The notes under the pieces: model-generated | The model's input: only the letters and a program-made list of their open reading frames with translations | Database searches by the model: none | What the model was told of the DNA's origin: nothing | NCBI GenBank assembly: GCA_020057295.1 | Contig: JAGVGF010000003.1 | Span: 128,001 to 192,000, forward strand | Source: an archaeon | GTDB taxonomy: Archaea; Nanobdellota; Nanobdellia; Woesearchaeales; UBA9642 | DNA: 64,000 nucleotides | Direction of reading: 5' to 3' | Shown here: piece by piece, positions 9,245 to 19,586 of the stretch | Layout: the number at the start of each line of letters is the position of its first letter | Numbering within the stretch: the first letter of the stretch is position 1 | Translations under genes and position numbers: made by a program

Positions 9245-10507
9245 CTACTCCATTTTATGTATTAAATCATTAATTTTTCCTGATTCTGTATTTACAATTA
9301 AATTCTTTTCACTGCTTAAGTAAGCACATCCAACCACTACACCATCAGTTTTGTACTGCCAAATCTTTTTTCCTTTAGTTTTTCCTGGTCCTGAAGTCAT
9401 GGCTTCTCCATAATGTCCTGTTTGTGTAACTATTCCTGAAACTCCAGGAACATAATCTAACACATAACTTCCTTCAGAATCTAAAATGTAAATGTTATGA
9501 TCATAACTTCCAGCAACAATTTCTAGTTTACCGTCATTATCGATGTCTGCTATCAATGGTGATGCTACAACCCAGAAATCTGTCTCGTAACTCCATAATT
9601 TCTTTCCGTTCATATCTAATGCGTAAACACTATTATCGCATGATCCAAAAACTACTTCTTTTTTCTCATCATTATTGATGTCTGCTATAGCAACTTTTGA
9701 ACATACTGCACCATCAGTTTCATAAGTCCATAATAGATTTCCTGTTTCAGTCAGACAATATATGTTGCCATCTGTTGATGCTACAATAATTACTGGAACA
9801 TCGTTTTTTGATAATCTATCGTATGCTACTTGTGCAATAATTTTATCTTTAGTTTTAAACTGCCACACTAATGTTCCCTTCAAATCTAGTGCATGAACAT
9901 ATCCATCATTAGTACCAAATAATATTAGTGGTCTTTGTGATAGTACTATTGTTGGACAAGATTCAACTTCGCTTTTTGCATTATATCGCCATAATAATTG
10001 TCCCTTAGAATTTAGGAAGTATAAATTTTTATCACTCGAACCAAATAATATTCCTGTTTCGCTATTCGCAAACTTTTGTATAAATGGTGTTCCTCTTATT
10101 GAACCTTCAGTTTTAAAATTCCATAGCTCTTTACCTTTTGAATCTAGAACGTATAATTTTCCTGCTTCTGTACCGAATACGATTTCTTTTTTCCCATCAT
10201 TATTTATATCTCCGATATTTGGACTGCTGCTTATACTGTTACTATTTTCTGAATCTAGAAACATTAATTCAACTTCGGAATGGGTTTCATGAGCATCGTA
10301 GGACCATTTTAGTGTTCCATCGATGTTTATGCTCATCAATTTTCCATTTTTTGTACCAAAAATTATCTCTTTTTTTCCATCACCATCAATATCTTCAATG
10401 ACTGGAGAGGATAATAGCAATGAACCAGTATCATAATTCCATTTCTCTTCGAGTCTACCGCTCTTTTGGCCTGTGATGTTTTTGAAAGCGAAAGTAATCT
10501 TGTTCAT
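9245..10507 (-). CDS. PQQ-like/FG-GAP repeat beta-propeller protein without signal peptide
   Basis: Repeated DI[DN]xDxKxE[IV] loops and LWx[YF]xT blades. Confidence 0.85.
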   Translation of the reverse strand: MNKITFAFKNITGQKSGRLEEKWNYDTGSLLLSSPVIEDIDGDGKKEIIFGTKNGKLMSINIDGTLKWSYDAHETHSEVELMFLDSENSNSISSSPNIGDINNDGKKEIVFGTEAGKLYVLDSKGKELWNFKTEGSIRGTPFIQKFANSETGILFGSSDKNLYFLNSKGQLLWRYNAKSEVESCPTIVLSQRPLILFGTNDGYVHALDLKGTLVWQFKTKDKIIAQVAYDRLSKNDVPVIIVASTDGNIYCLTETGNLLWTYETDGAVCSKVAIADINNDEKKEVVFGSCDNSVYALDMNGKKLWSYETDFWVVASPLIADIDNDGKLEIVAGSYDHNIYILDSEGSYVLDYVPGVSGIVTQTGHYGEAMTSGPGKTKGKKIWQYKTDGVVVGCAYLSSEKNLIVNTESGKINDLIHKME

Positions 10508-10727
10508 AATATTATTTCCCCTAATGTGATGTACTTTTGTTCTATATGTATTCTACATATTTAGCTTGTATATCAGTCTTTATAATAAGCATATATAAAT
10601 ATTTTGGAATATACCACCTAATCATGACAAAAATAGAGACTATTCTATAATGATAACTTTTTCTAGGACGCTAGGATTAAATGTTGTGAGGCAAAAATTT
10701 ATATACTGTAACTATTAGATTAATATC

Positions 10728-12188
10728 ATGGGGTTAAAAGAGGAGTTGAGTAAAGAGTTGACTAAAGGTAACTCTATCTATATCATTAAAGCCAACTTAT
10801 TAGGTAGAGGATATCTTGAAGAAGATATCAATTCAGCACTCAGAAGTATAGTCAACGTCAAAGTTGAAGAGAGTAATAAGAATAACAAACTCTTAAGCTG
10901 GAAAGAATTATTCGATAGAATAGGTTACGGATTTGCAAGTCAACAATTCATTAATATATTGTTTGTGCTAAGTGGTGCATCATTATTTCTTGTAGGATTT
11001 ACTAACGGAATAAAAACCGCTATAGTATATTTATTGTCCGGATTTTTAAAAGAATACTCTAGAATAAAATATTTTGGTAAAACATTCATTAGCACCGGAG
11101 GAATAATTTATGGATTCAGCTTCTTGGGAATGGCTTTTGCAGTAGTATTGCATAGTCCTATATTTTTCCTAATATCTTTACTTGTTGGGGCAATAGGTGT
11201 TATAGCACACGGAGATTTATACATTTCATTCTTTAATGCTATATTAAAAAATGAGCGTCGTAAAACATTTTTAAAATTTATTTCATATTTTGGAATGTTT
11301 ATTACAGCTGCATCATTAATGATTGCAGGATTTTTAATGGAATTGTTCCCTGTTAATGGTATTCCATTTAGTATCAATCCGTTATGGCTTAATTTAGTTT
11401 CTCCTATAAATTTCAAAATATATGGTTATTTAATAGCATTTGAAATTACTGCAATAATGTTTATTTTATCAGGATATCTTATGTCTTTTATAGATGAAAA
11501 AAAGGATTCTGTCTATGGATCAACACTTTATATCTCAGCGTTTATGAGAGAGTATGTCAAGGAAGCAACTTCTAACAGTAGAATATTTGTAAAAAATAAA
11601 AAAGTTATATTATTAACTTTTGCTGCAATGTTATTTACTATTGCTCAAGTTGTTGGCAATTCTTATTTTGGAATATTTATTTATGAAAATTTTAAACATC
11701 AATTTCTTGGAGGATTTATGAATGTGGCTGTAATATTTGTTATAGCACTAATAACTTCTTTGAGTGGTGTGATGTTAACAAAAACTTTTGCTAAATCTCT
11801 TGGTGAAGCTCCGATGTTAGTATTTGGAACACTTCTTGTGTCATTATTACCGTTAACAATGTATTTTAATCCTAATCTATACGCTATCGGACTTTCCGTA
11901 GCATTATCTATAATCGGTGGAGCAGTTGTAGGAGTTGCTCAAGGATTAATTGCTGAAAGATTAATGGATGATAAAGAACTTAGTACTTATTTTACAACAA
12001 TGGGATTCTTTTCAATAATACCTACAATAGTGTTGGTTACTTTAGGAGCATTAATTGCGCAAATGTATTCTTTACAAAAATTGTTTTTAGTATTAGGCAT
12101 AGTTTTAGCTTTGGTTGTCATGCCAATATACTTTATTCTAGTTGTTATAATAGATGCAGAATACAGAAGAGATCATGTAAAGAAATAG
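10728..12188 (+). CDS. MFS-type membrane transporter
   Basis: About 12 hydrophobic helices in two halves, preceded by a small soluble N-terminal domain. Confidence 0.75.
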   Translation: MGLKEELSKELTKGNSIYIIKANLLGRGYLEEDINSALRSIVNVKVEESNKNNKLLSWKELFDRIGYGFASQQFINILFVLSGASLFLVGFTNGIKTAIVYLLSGFLKEYSRIKYFGKTFISTGGIIYGFSFLGMAFAVVLHSPIFFLISLLVGAIGVIAHGDLYISFFNAILKNERRKTFLKFISYFGMFITAASLMIAGFLMELFPVNGIPFSINPLWLNLVSPINFKIYGYLIAFEITAIMFILSGYLMSFIDEKKDSVYGSTLYISAFMREYVKEATSNSRIFVKNKKVILLTFAAMLFTIAQVVGNSYFGIFIYENFKHQFLGGFMNVAVIFVIALITSLSGVMLTKTFAKSLGEAPMLVFGTLLVSLLPLTMYFNPNLYAIGLSVALSIIGGAVVGVAQGLIAERLMDDKELSTYFTTMGFFSIIPTIVLVTLGALIAQMYSLQKLFLVLGIVLALVVMPIYFILVVIIDAEYRRDHVKK

Positions 12189-12260
12189 TGTCGAATCAGT
12201 AACACCATTCTATATTGCATTTTCAACTAAATTTTTAAACCCTTTTATATTCTGAAAATC

Positions 12261-13814
12261 ATGGTTGGGGCTAACAATAATTTAAACATTAAAGGTCAAA
12301 TTATTTCAGGTAAATTTGGAGAAATTATTGCTAGACAGAAGTCTGATCAAGAGTTTGAACTTGGTGAAATTCTAGTTTCTGAGAATGATGATTATAAAAT
12401 ATTTTTACAAGTCTATGATTTACAGTATGGTTCACAAATTTCCCAACAAAATCTTGAATTAATATCTGGGATGAGTCTTGAAGAAGATACAGATTTTGAG
12501 TTTATGGACAAAAATTTGCGTAATTACAAGATTGCATTACTGAAAAATTTGATTAGTGTAAATAAAAATGATTCTAAGAATGTTATGATGTCTAAATCTT
12601 TGCCAGCAATGTTTTCTACAGTAAGAACTGTAACTAATGATGATTTATCTTTTCTATCAAAACCGAAAAATCCTTTATTTTTGGGAAATTTAAGAAGTGG
12701 AAGTAAAGCGTTGGATGTTCCAATATATCTTGATGGCGAGCAAGTTTTAACACATCATGTATTGATTTCAGGAACTACTGGTAAAGGTAAGAGTGTTTTA
12801 ATGTCTAATTTATTGTGGGACTCGACAGGAAAAGATTATAATGGCATATTAGTGTTAGATCCACATAACGAATATTATGTTGGCAGTGGTAAAATAGGAT
12901 TAAAAGATCATCCATCAAAAAAAGTTTTATATTTTAGTGTAAAAAATACTATTCCTGGAAGTAAGAGTTTAAAGATTAACATAAGAATTCTACGTCCAGC
13001 ACATTTTGGATGTCTAGATTTTTCTGATGCTCAAGAACAGGCAATGAACGTATACTATAGAGATTATGGTAATAAATGGATTGATTCATTATTATTAGAG
13101 AAACCAATCAAAGTAGGCTTTAATGATGCTACAATAAATGTTCTAAAACGTAGATTAATGTATTTACTTGATATTGATATTGGCGATAGTCAAGTATTCT
13201 GCAACGGAATATTTGATTTTAATGCAGGAGAGGCAACAATAAGTACGGTGTGTGACGGGTTAGAAGATTCTAAAACAGTAATAATTGATACAAGTTCATT
13301 TAGTGGTCAAGTAGAATTACTCGTAGGATCTTTAATTGTTACTGAAATGTTTAATCGCTATAAAAATTATAAGATGCAAGGAAATCTTAATGATAAACCT
13401 GCAATAAGCATCGTGTTGGAAGAGGCTCCAAGAGTTTTAGGAAAAGATGTTTTAGAAAAAGGATCAAACATTTTTTCAACAATTGCACGTGAAGGTAGAA
13501 AGTTTAGGGTAGGATTAATTGCAATAACACAGCTTCCATCATTAATTCCGCGAGATATTCTTGCAAATATTAATACTAAAATAATTTTAGGAACTGAAAT
13601 GGTTCAGGAAAGACAAGCAATCATTGATTCTGCATCTCAAGATTTAAGTTCTGACAGTAGAAATATTGCAAGTTTAGACAAAGGTGAGTGTATTATTTCA
13701 AGTAATTTTGCAAAGTTTGCAATTCCAGTAAAAGTTCCATTCTTTGACGAATTCGTAAAGAAAGACTTAGAAAAAGTAAACAATAGTAAGGAATATGTTG
13801 GTTTATCAGAGTGA
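12261..13814 (+). CDS. herA: HerA-family DNA translocase/helicase
   Basis: HAS-barrel-like N-terminus, [37 protein letters not shown]; adjacent to mre11. Confidence 0.88.
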   Translation: MVGANNNLNIKGQIISGKFGEIIARQKSDQEFELGEILVSENDDYKIFLQVYDLQYGSQISQQNLELISGMSLEEDTDFEFMDKNLRNYKIALLKNLISVNKNDSKNVMMSKSLPAMFSTVRTVTNDDLSFLSKPKNPLFLGNLRSGSKALDVPIYLDGEQVLTHHVLISGTTGKGKSVLMSNLLWDSTGKDYNGILVLDPHNEYYVGSGKIGLKDHPSKKVLYFSVKNTIPGSKSLKINIRILRPAHFGCLDFSDAQEQAMNVYYRDYGNKWIDSLLLEKPIKVGFNDATINVLKRRLMYLLDIDIGDSQVFCNGIFDFNAGEATISTVCDGLEDSKTVIIDTSSFSGQVELLVGSLIVTEMFNRYKNYKMQGNLNDKPAISIVLEEAPRVLGKDVLEKGSNIFSTIAREGRKFRVGLIAITQLPSLIPRDILANINTKIILGTEMVQERQAIIDSASQDLSSDSRNIASLDKGECIISSNFAKFAIPVKVPFFDEFVKKDLEKVNNSKEYVGLSE

Positions 13815-13818
13815 TACT

Positions 13819-15030
13819 ATGAAATTCGCGCACATGGCTGATGTTCATATTGGTTCTTGGAGAGATCCTAAACTTAATGGAATGGCTACTGACGCGTTTG
13901 TTAAAGCTGTAGAATTATCTATCTCTCATAAGGTTGATTTTATTCTAATTGCTGGAGATTTATTTAATACAGCACTTCCGGGAATTGATGGATTAAAGAG
14001 TGTTGTCAAAGAGTTTAAGAAATTAAAAGAAATTAATATCCCTGTATATGTTATACCTGGAAGTCATGATTATTCTCCATCAGGAAAAACTATGATTGAT
14101 GTTCTAGAAGAAGCTGGATTGTTAAAGAATGTGTTTAAAGGAACTGTAGAGAATGATAAATTAAAACTGAAGTTTACTAAAGATGAAAAGACGGGTGTCA
14201 AAATTACAGGTATTTTAGGAAGAAGAGGAACTTTAGAAAAATTATATTATCAAGATCTTGATTTAGAGCATTTAGAAAAAGAATCTGGTAAAAAAATCTT
14301 TATGTTCCATACATCTATAACTGAATTGAAGCCTGGAAAGAAAACGGAAATGGATTCAACAGATATTTCATATCTTCCTAAAGGTTTCGAATATTATGCA
14401 GGAGGACATGTGCATATAGTTAATCAATACTCATTCAAAGATCATAAAAATGTAGTATATCCTGGACCGATATTTCCAGCAAATTTTGAAGAGTTAGAAG
14501 AATTAGGTGTGGGTGGTTTTTTCATTTATGATGATGGAAAGATAATACGAGAAGATATTAACATAAAAAATACTTTCAAGATAACAATCGATTGTGAACA
14601 TAAGAGTCCGGAAGAGATTGAACAAATAATATATGACCAAATAAAAGGAAAAGAATTATTAAATCATATCGTGCTTATTAGAGTTGCTGGAAAATTAAAG
14701 ACAGGAAAAGTTTCTGATATAAACTTTAGAGAAATATTTACTAAATGTTATTCTCAAGGAGCATTCTTCGTAATGCGAAACACTGTAAAAGTTGTCAGTG
14801 CAGAATATGAAGAGATACAAATAGAACAAAAAAATCCTGAAGAAGTAGAAGAAGCAATAATTAAAGAACATTTAGGACAAATAAAAGTTAATGGAATGGA
14901 TTCTGACAAAGAATTAAGATTAACACGTGAAATGATGCACTTATTCAGTTCTGAAAAACATGAAGGCGAAAAAGTCTACGAGTACGAAGATAGAATAAAG
15001 AAAGAGATAGATAGATTACTAGAGCTGTAA
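13819..15030 (+). CDS. mre11: DNA double-strand break repair nuclease Mre11/SbcD
   Basis: Metallophosphoesterase motifs ADVHIG, AGDLF, PGSHD, FH and GGHVH. Start MKFAH at 13819. Confidence 0.9.
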   Translation: MKFAHMADVHIGSWRDPKLNGMATDAFVKAVELSISHKVDFILIAGDLFNTALPGIDGLKSVVKEFKKLKEINIPVYVIPGSHDYSPSGKTMIDVLEEAGLLKNVFKGTVENDKLKLKFTKDEKTGVKITGILGRRGTLEKLYYQDLDLEHLEKESGKKIFMFHTSITELKPGKKTEMDSTDISYLPKGFEYYAGGHVHIVNQYSFKDHKNVVYPGPIFPANFEELEELGVGGFFIYDDGKIIREDINIKNTFKITIDCEHKSPEEIEQIIYDQIKGKELLNHIVLIRVAGKLKTGKVSDINFREIFTKCYSQGAFFVMRNTVKVVSAEYEEIQIEQKNPEEVEEAIIKEHLGQIKVNGMDSDKELRLTREMMHLFSSEKHEGEKVYEYEDRIKKEIDRLLEL

Positions 15031-15045
15031 TTAAATATTATACTC

Positions 15046-15453
15046 TTATTTCTCAACATATTTCTTAAAATTATTTAGAATTGCTTGCCATCCTGTTCTT
15101 TGTAGTTCGATAGAATTTTCTGTTTCTGCTTCGAATGTTATTTCTACATCTGTTTCTGAATTTTTACTAGAAAATTTGATTTCTACCTTTCGTCCGCCTT
15201 CGATTTCATATTTGATTAATTCATGATACTTGACTTCAGAATATACTCCGTTGAAATCAAATCCCATTTTACCGTCTTTTGATTCCATTCGCCACAAAAA
15301 TCTTCCTCCAACTTTCAAATCATTTGTTGCGTGAGGAGTGTGCCAATCATCTGATGCATTATTCCATTGGGTGATATGTTCGGGAATAGTATAGAATTTC
15401 CAAACCTTTTCAATTGGTGCCTTAATTTGTGTCTGAACTGTTATGGTTGTCAT
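15046..15453 (-). CDS. SRPBCC/Aha1-like domain protein
   Basis: APIEKVW...PEHITQW...DLKVGG...GWQAILNNFK. Confidence 0.88.
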   Translation of the reverse strand: MTTITVQTQIKAPIEKVWKFYTIPEHITQWNNASDDWHTPHATNDLKVGGRFLWRMESKDGKMGFDFNGVYSEVKYHELIKYEIEGGRKVEIKFSSKNSETDVEITFEAETENSIELQRTGWQAILNNFKKYVEK

Positions 15454-15477
15454 ATGCTTCTCCAAAATGAACATATT

Positions 15478-16770
15478 TTAAGGATTTACTCTCAACATTG
15501 TTCTTGGAAATGGTATTGCATCCTTAATGTTTTCTAGATGACATATCCAACTGATTAATCTTTCTACACCCATTCCAAAACCACCATGAGGAACTGAACC
15601 ATATTTTCGTGTATCTAGATAGAATGTGTAACTTTCAGGACTTTCGCCCATATCTACAAGTCTTTGTTTTATTTTTTCTAAGTCTGATTCTCTTTCTGAT
15701 CCGCCTATGATTTCTCCGTAACATTCTGGTGCAATAAAATCACATCCATGAACTACATCAGGATTCTTTTCGTCTTCTTTCATATAGAATGCTTTTACAA
15801 CTTTAGGATAATTAGTTACTATAGTAAAATGTCCGTGTAATTTACTTAATTCATCTTCTTCTATAGTTCGTAAATCCTTGCCCCATTCTATATCGATATT
15901 TAATTTGTCGCGTAATTCTTTTATTGCTTCGGTATAAGTCATTCTCATGAATGGTTCATCTCGAACTTTTTCCAAGATTTTTACATCTCTTTCTAGAATT
16001 TTTAATTCTTCAAGATTTTTTTCTAATACTCTTGTTACTGCGTGTTTTATTAATTCTTCACCATAATTTTGAATATCTGTAAAGTTTGCCCATGCAACTT
16101 CCATTTCTGCATGCCAATATTCAGTTAAATGTCTTGATGTCTTAGATTTTTCTGCTCTAAAACTTGGTGCTATAGTATATATTTTTTCTAAACTAAATAT
16201 TGCTGGTTCTGCATATAATTGCCATGTTTGTGCAAGATACACCGGTTTTCCGAAATAGTTTACAGAAAATAATGTGCTACCACCTTCCGCTTGTGTAGCT
16301 TGAAATATTGGACTTTGATATTCGTAAAATCCCTTACTTCTGAAATATTCGTGAATTGCACCAAACACTGTACTTCTAATTTTCATAATCGAAGTCATAT
16401 ATCTTGATCTTAACCATAAATGTTTCATGTCAGCAAGTAATTCTGTTGATTGATCTTTCTGAATTGGCCATCCGACACTTTCACCAATTAACTTTAAACT
16501 TTCAACTTTAACTTCATAACCTGTTGGTGCTCTTTTATCTTCTTTGATTTCACCAACTAATTCTATTGATGCCTCAATATCTGTTTTTTCCGCATCATTC
16601 CAAACTTGTTCTGATACTAATGCCTTTTCTACAACACATTGAATTATGTCTGTAACATCTCTTAGAACTATGAACCTTAAACTATTACTGCCACGAGCTC
16701 TATAACACCATCCTCTCAAATGCACTTTTCCGTGTCCTTGCTTCATAGCATCTTTGATTGATATAAACAT
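15478..16770 (-). CDS. asnS: Asparagine--tRNA ligase
   Basis: N-terminal OB fold; class II motifs FRAEKSKTSRHLTEYW, EIIGGSERE and HGGFGMGVER. Confidence 0.9.
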   Translation of the reverse strand: MFISIKDAMKQGHGKVHLRGWCYRARGSNSLRFIVLRDVTDIIQCVVEKALVSEQVWNDAEKTDIEASIELVGEIKEDKRAPTGYEVKVESLKLIGESVGWPIQKDQSTELLADMKHLWLRSRYMTSIMKIRSTVFGAIHEYFRSKGFYEYQSPIFQATQAEGGSTLFSVNYFGKPVYLAQTWQLYAEPAIFSLEKIYTIAPSFRAEKSKTSRHLTEYWHAEMEVAWANFTDIQNYGEELIKHAVTRVLEKNLEELKILERDVKILEKVRDEPFMRMTYTEAIKELRDKLNIDIEWGKDLRTIEEDELSKLHGHFTIVTNYPKVVKAFYMKEDEKNPDVVHGCDFIAPECYGEIIGGSERESDLEKIKQRLVDMGESPESYTFYLDTRKYGSVPHGGFGMGVERLISWICHLENIKDAIPFPRTMLRVNP

Positions 16771-16874
16771 TTGTAATCCCTCCTAAATACTGTGTAGATT
16801 AATCTATAATTTTAAAATTTTGTTATTATGCCAGACTAAATCATCTAGAACGAAAAAGATGTGATGATAATCAA

Positions 16875-17093
16875 TTACTTCTTTCTCTTCTTAGCTTTTC
16901 TTACTGATTTGTGTACAACTGGGCAAGTGTTAATATCTACTAATGCGTATAATCCGCACCATCCGATAATTCCTGTTAGTAATGCTAGGAATGCTGGTAT
17001 AAACCACCATGCACTATGTATTATAGCTAGTATTACAAATATTACTGCCAATATTATTCTAACGATCCTATCAGCTATTCCAACGTTTTGCAT
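16875..17093 (-). CDS. DUF2892/YgaP-like small membrane protein
   Basis: NVGxxDRxxR...TG..GWCGLY....NTC pattern. Confidence 0.85.
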   Translation of the reverse strand: MQNVGIADRIVRIILAVIFVILAIIHSAWWFIPAFLALLTGIIGWCGLYALVDINTCPVVHKSVRKAKKRKK

Positions 17094-17159
17094 AAAACAT
17101 CACCCAACTACTATACGGTAGAAACTGTTTAAAAAGTTGTTTGTTTTCTCGAGTAAATA

Positions 17160-17693
17160 TTATTTTATTTTATAAATTCTTTCACCGAATTTTTCTCTTA
17201 ATATTGAATGAATTCCCCTATAAGGTATGTGCATTGATGTCTTAAATGGTTCCGAAACATCATCTCCTATAGATATATCCACAACTATCTCGTCTAGCTC
17301 TGGGTAATCGATAATTATTAAGTCGCTAACTTCTTTGCCCATTACTGATTCTCTTGGAAAAGGCGAGCATGTTCCTTTAGACATTCCTGTTGGCATGTAT
17401 CCATTACTAAAATATCTTTTGGCACGTTTAACATCCATTCTGAGTGTTTCGCTAATGATTTTTTTAAAATCTATATTTCCAAACTCAGGGGTTATTATTC
17501 CAATCATTTCATCATTGTAATCTCCAGTATGAAAGTAAAGTGCTTTAACAACACGACTTACATCCCACCCAAGTAATTGTGCTTTTTCTGCACATGTGAT
17601 TGTGGATATACTGTGAACTACTAGTTTACTTTCTATTCCTAATCTTTGTCCTATATCTGTTATATACTGTAATTCTGGATGTAGTGATGTCAT
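17160..17693 (-). CDS. YbaK/ProXp-like aminoacyl-tRNA editing domain protein
   Basis: H..T.TC.EKA..LG.....VVKAL and G...GTCSPF motifs. Confidence 0.75.
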   Translation of the reverse strand: MTSLHPELQYITDIGQRLGIESKLVVHSISTITCAEKAQLLGWDVSRVVKALYFHTGDYNDEMIGIITPEFGNIDFKKIISETLRMDVKRAKRYFSNGYMPTGMSKGTCSPFPRESVMGKEVSDLIIIDYPELDEIVVDISIGDDVSEPFKTSMHIPYRGIHSILREKFGERIYKIK

Positions 17694-17778
17694 AGACTAA
17701 GAACGCAACAATCATTTATAATATTATTCCATAAATAATGGATAAATGTGCAATAAATAGTAATATTTATATATAAAC

Positions 17779-17794
17779 TGGAACATTTGTTCCA
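17779..17794. promoter_or_regulatory. Palindromic operator candidate TGGAACA-TT-TGTTCCA between the TATA box and start of the Lrp gene
   Basis: Perfect 7-bp inverted repeat directly after TTTATATATAA and 2 nt before ATG 17797. Confidence 0.6.
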
Positions 17795-17796
17795 TT

Positions 17797-18249
17797 ATGG
17801 CCACTAAATTGGATGACAAGGACTTAAAGATACTTGAATTGTTGGGGGATCATTCTGAATATACCAATAGACAGATAGCCAAAAAAGTTGCTCTGCCAAT
17901 AACAACTGTTCATAATCGTGTGAAAAAATTACGTAAAGAAGGTATAATTAAGAGATATACTGTTGAACTAGATTATTCCAAAGTTGACAAGAATTTTGTT
18001 GCATATGTTCTTGTATCTGCAGATTTAGAATTGTTAAAACACAAACATAAAAGTCAATATGATTTAATTAGTGATATTAAAAAATTCTATTTTGTTGAGC
18101 GTGTAGATATAGTTACTGGTGGAACAGATTTGGTTGTCATAATGCGTGTTAAAGACGTCCAAGAATTTGATCAATGTCTGTTGACTAAACTTCAAATGGT
18201 GGAAGGAATCGATAAAACACAATCATTAATTGTAATACATGGAAGATAG
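17797..18249 (+). CDS. Lrp/AsnC family transcriptional regulator
   Basis: LDDKDLKIL...HTH TTVHNRVKKL..EGII; C-terminal RAM domain VTGGTDL. Confidence 0.93.
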   Translation: MATKLDDKDLKILELLGDHSEYTNRQIAKKVALPITTVHNRVKKLRKEGIIKRYTVELDYSKVDKNFVAYVLVSADLELLKHKHKSQYDLISDIKKFYFVERVDIVTGGTDLVVIMRVKDVQEFDQCLLTKLQMVEGIDKTQSLIVIHGR

Positions 18250-18368
18250 AAAGATTTCTAATTTTTTATTGTTATTTCCATCTCGTTTTGTGATTTTTTA
18301 TGCTTAATCGAAATAATAGAACTTTTTTCTAAATTTCAATTTTGTTCGAAAATCGAAATATTTAAATA

Positions 18369-18400
18369 GTAAAGCATACTTTACGTTAAGTAAGCTTGAC
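18369..18400. promoter_or_regulatory. Tandem operator candidates (GTxAAG-N4-CTTxAC, twice) for the XRE regulator
   Basis: GTAAAG-CATA-CTTTAC (18369-18384) abuts GTTAAG-TAAG-CTTGAC (18385-18400), immediately after TTTAAATA. Confidence 0.7.
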
Positions 18401-18436
18401 ATTTTGCTGTGAAAAATGTATTTTCAAGAGGATAAC

Positions 18437-18634
18437 ATGACTTTAACAAAAAATAATTTGAAAGAATTTCGAGAAAAGAATAAATTGACACAAGAAGATT
18501 TAGCAGGTAAACTTGACGTTTCAAGACAAACAATAATTTCGATAGAATCTGGCAGATATGTTCCTAGTTTAGAACTAGCATTGAAGTTCGCGAAGCTGTT
18601 CAAATGTAAGGTCGAAGATTTATTCGGATTATAA
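18437..18634 (+). CDS. XRE/Cro-family HTH regulator
   Basis: NNLKEFR...LTQEDLA..LDVSRQTIISIESGRYVPSLELA. Confidence 0.93.
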   Translation: MTLTKNNLKEFREKNKLTQEDLAGKLDVSRQTIISIESGRYVPSLELALKFAKLFKCKVEDLFGL

Positions 18635-18670
18635 TATTAAAAAATTTGTAAAAAATAATTAGGTGAAAGC

Positions 18671-19111
18671 ATGATTGGAAAACCACAATGGTTCAAATAT
18701 AGAATTTTCGGATGGGGCTTAGCTCCAAAAACTTGGCAGGGATGGTTATATGGTGCAATATGGTTTATTGTAATAGTTGCTTCCTCTATATTGACAACAG
18801 GAAGTGCTTCACAACCTTGGGTAGTTGGAGTACTAATCGGAATCTTGATTTTAGATGTTATACACATCATGTTTCAGATGCCAAAAGTAAACGATGAACG
18901 AGAGAATTATCACCAATTAATTATTGAGAGAAACTGCTCATTTGCAGCAATTATTGCGCTTATATGTGTAGCAATATATCAGGCATACCAGAATAGGGCA
19001 CTCATGATAAATAATGGTGCCGTGCCTTTTGATATATCAATAGCTATTGTCTTAGGTGCAATGCTAGCAGCAAAAATAGGATCGACAATATATGTGAAGA
19101 TGAAGATGTAA
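18671..19111 (+). CDS. Four-TM membrane protein (DUF2178-like DERE motif)
   Basis: WF....FGWG..P.TWQGW and DERE between helices; GGTGA RBS. Confidence 0.75.
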   Translation: MIGKPQWFKYRIFGWGLAPKTWQGWLYGAIWFIVIVASSILTTGSASQPWVVGVLIGILILDVIHIMFQMPKVNDERENYHQLIIERNCSFAAIIALICVAIYQAYQNRALMINNGAVPFDISIAIVLGAMLAAKIGSTIYVKMKM

Positions 19112-19145
19112 GAACTATTTTAATTGAGAATCGAGGTGTATTACA

Positions 19146-19517
19146 ATGGAAATTTCAATTTTTTTCGCAAGATTCTTGGGCAGTCTTTTTATCAGTCTAG
19201 GTCTGTTGTCTATTGGAGCAGGATTTTTAGGAAGAGTTATAAAATATACTGAAGACAGGACTATTACTGTTTCTACTGGTTACATCACTTTTTTAATAGG
19301 ATTAGTGACTGTCATCTTACATAATATCTGGGTTGCTGATTGGAGAATTGCAATTACTATTTTAGGTTGGATTACCTTATTCAAGGGAGTTACAAAGATT
19401 GGGTTTCCTGACCATGTCAATAAGCAAGCCCAAAAATTTAAATCACAGCAGAATCTTTGGGCCGTAGTTATACTTCTCTTAGGTGCAGTGCTGTTTTGGA
19501 TGAGTTTTTATTACTGA
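19146..19517 (+). CDS. Four-TM hypothetical membrane protein
   Basis: Hydrophobic helices, HNIW..DWR..IT..GW motif; GAGGTG RBS. Confidence 0.75.
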   Translation: MEISIFFARFLGSLFISLGLLSIGAGFLGRVIKYTEDRTITVSTGYITFLIGLVTVILHNIWVADWRIAITILGWITLFKGVTKIGFPDHVNKQAQKFKSQQNLWAVVILLLGAVLFWMSFYY

Positions 19518-19586
19518 GCATCAGACCCTCACTCAGAAAGATATTTTTTTAATCATCTTTTTAAAACGTCATTCATTCTCTATAAT

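Noticed and set aside
12261-15030. HerA + nuclease as an antiphage defence system
   Set aside because: The partner is a canonical Mre11, matching the housekeeping archaeal DNA end-resection module.
19514-19537. Short CTGAG...CTCAG hairpin with CTGA boxes as a second C/D sRNA
   Set aside because: No properly spaced C box, guides or terminal stem, and it overlaps a stop codon.
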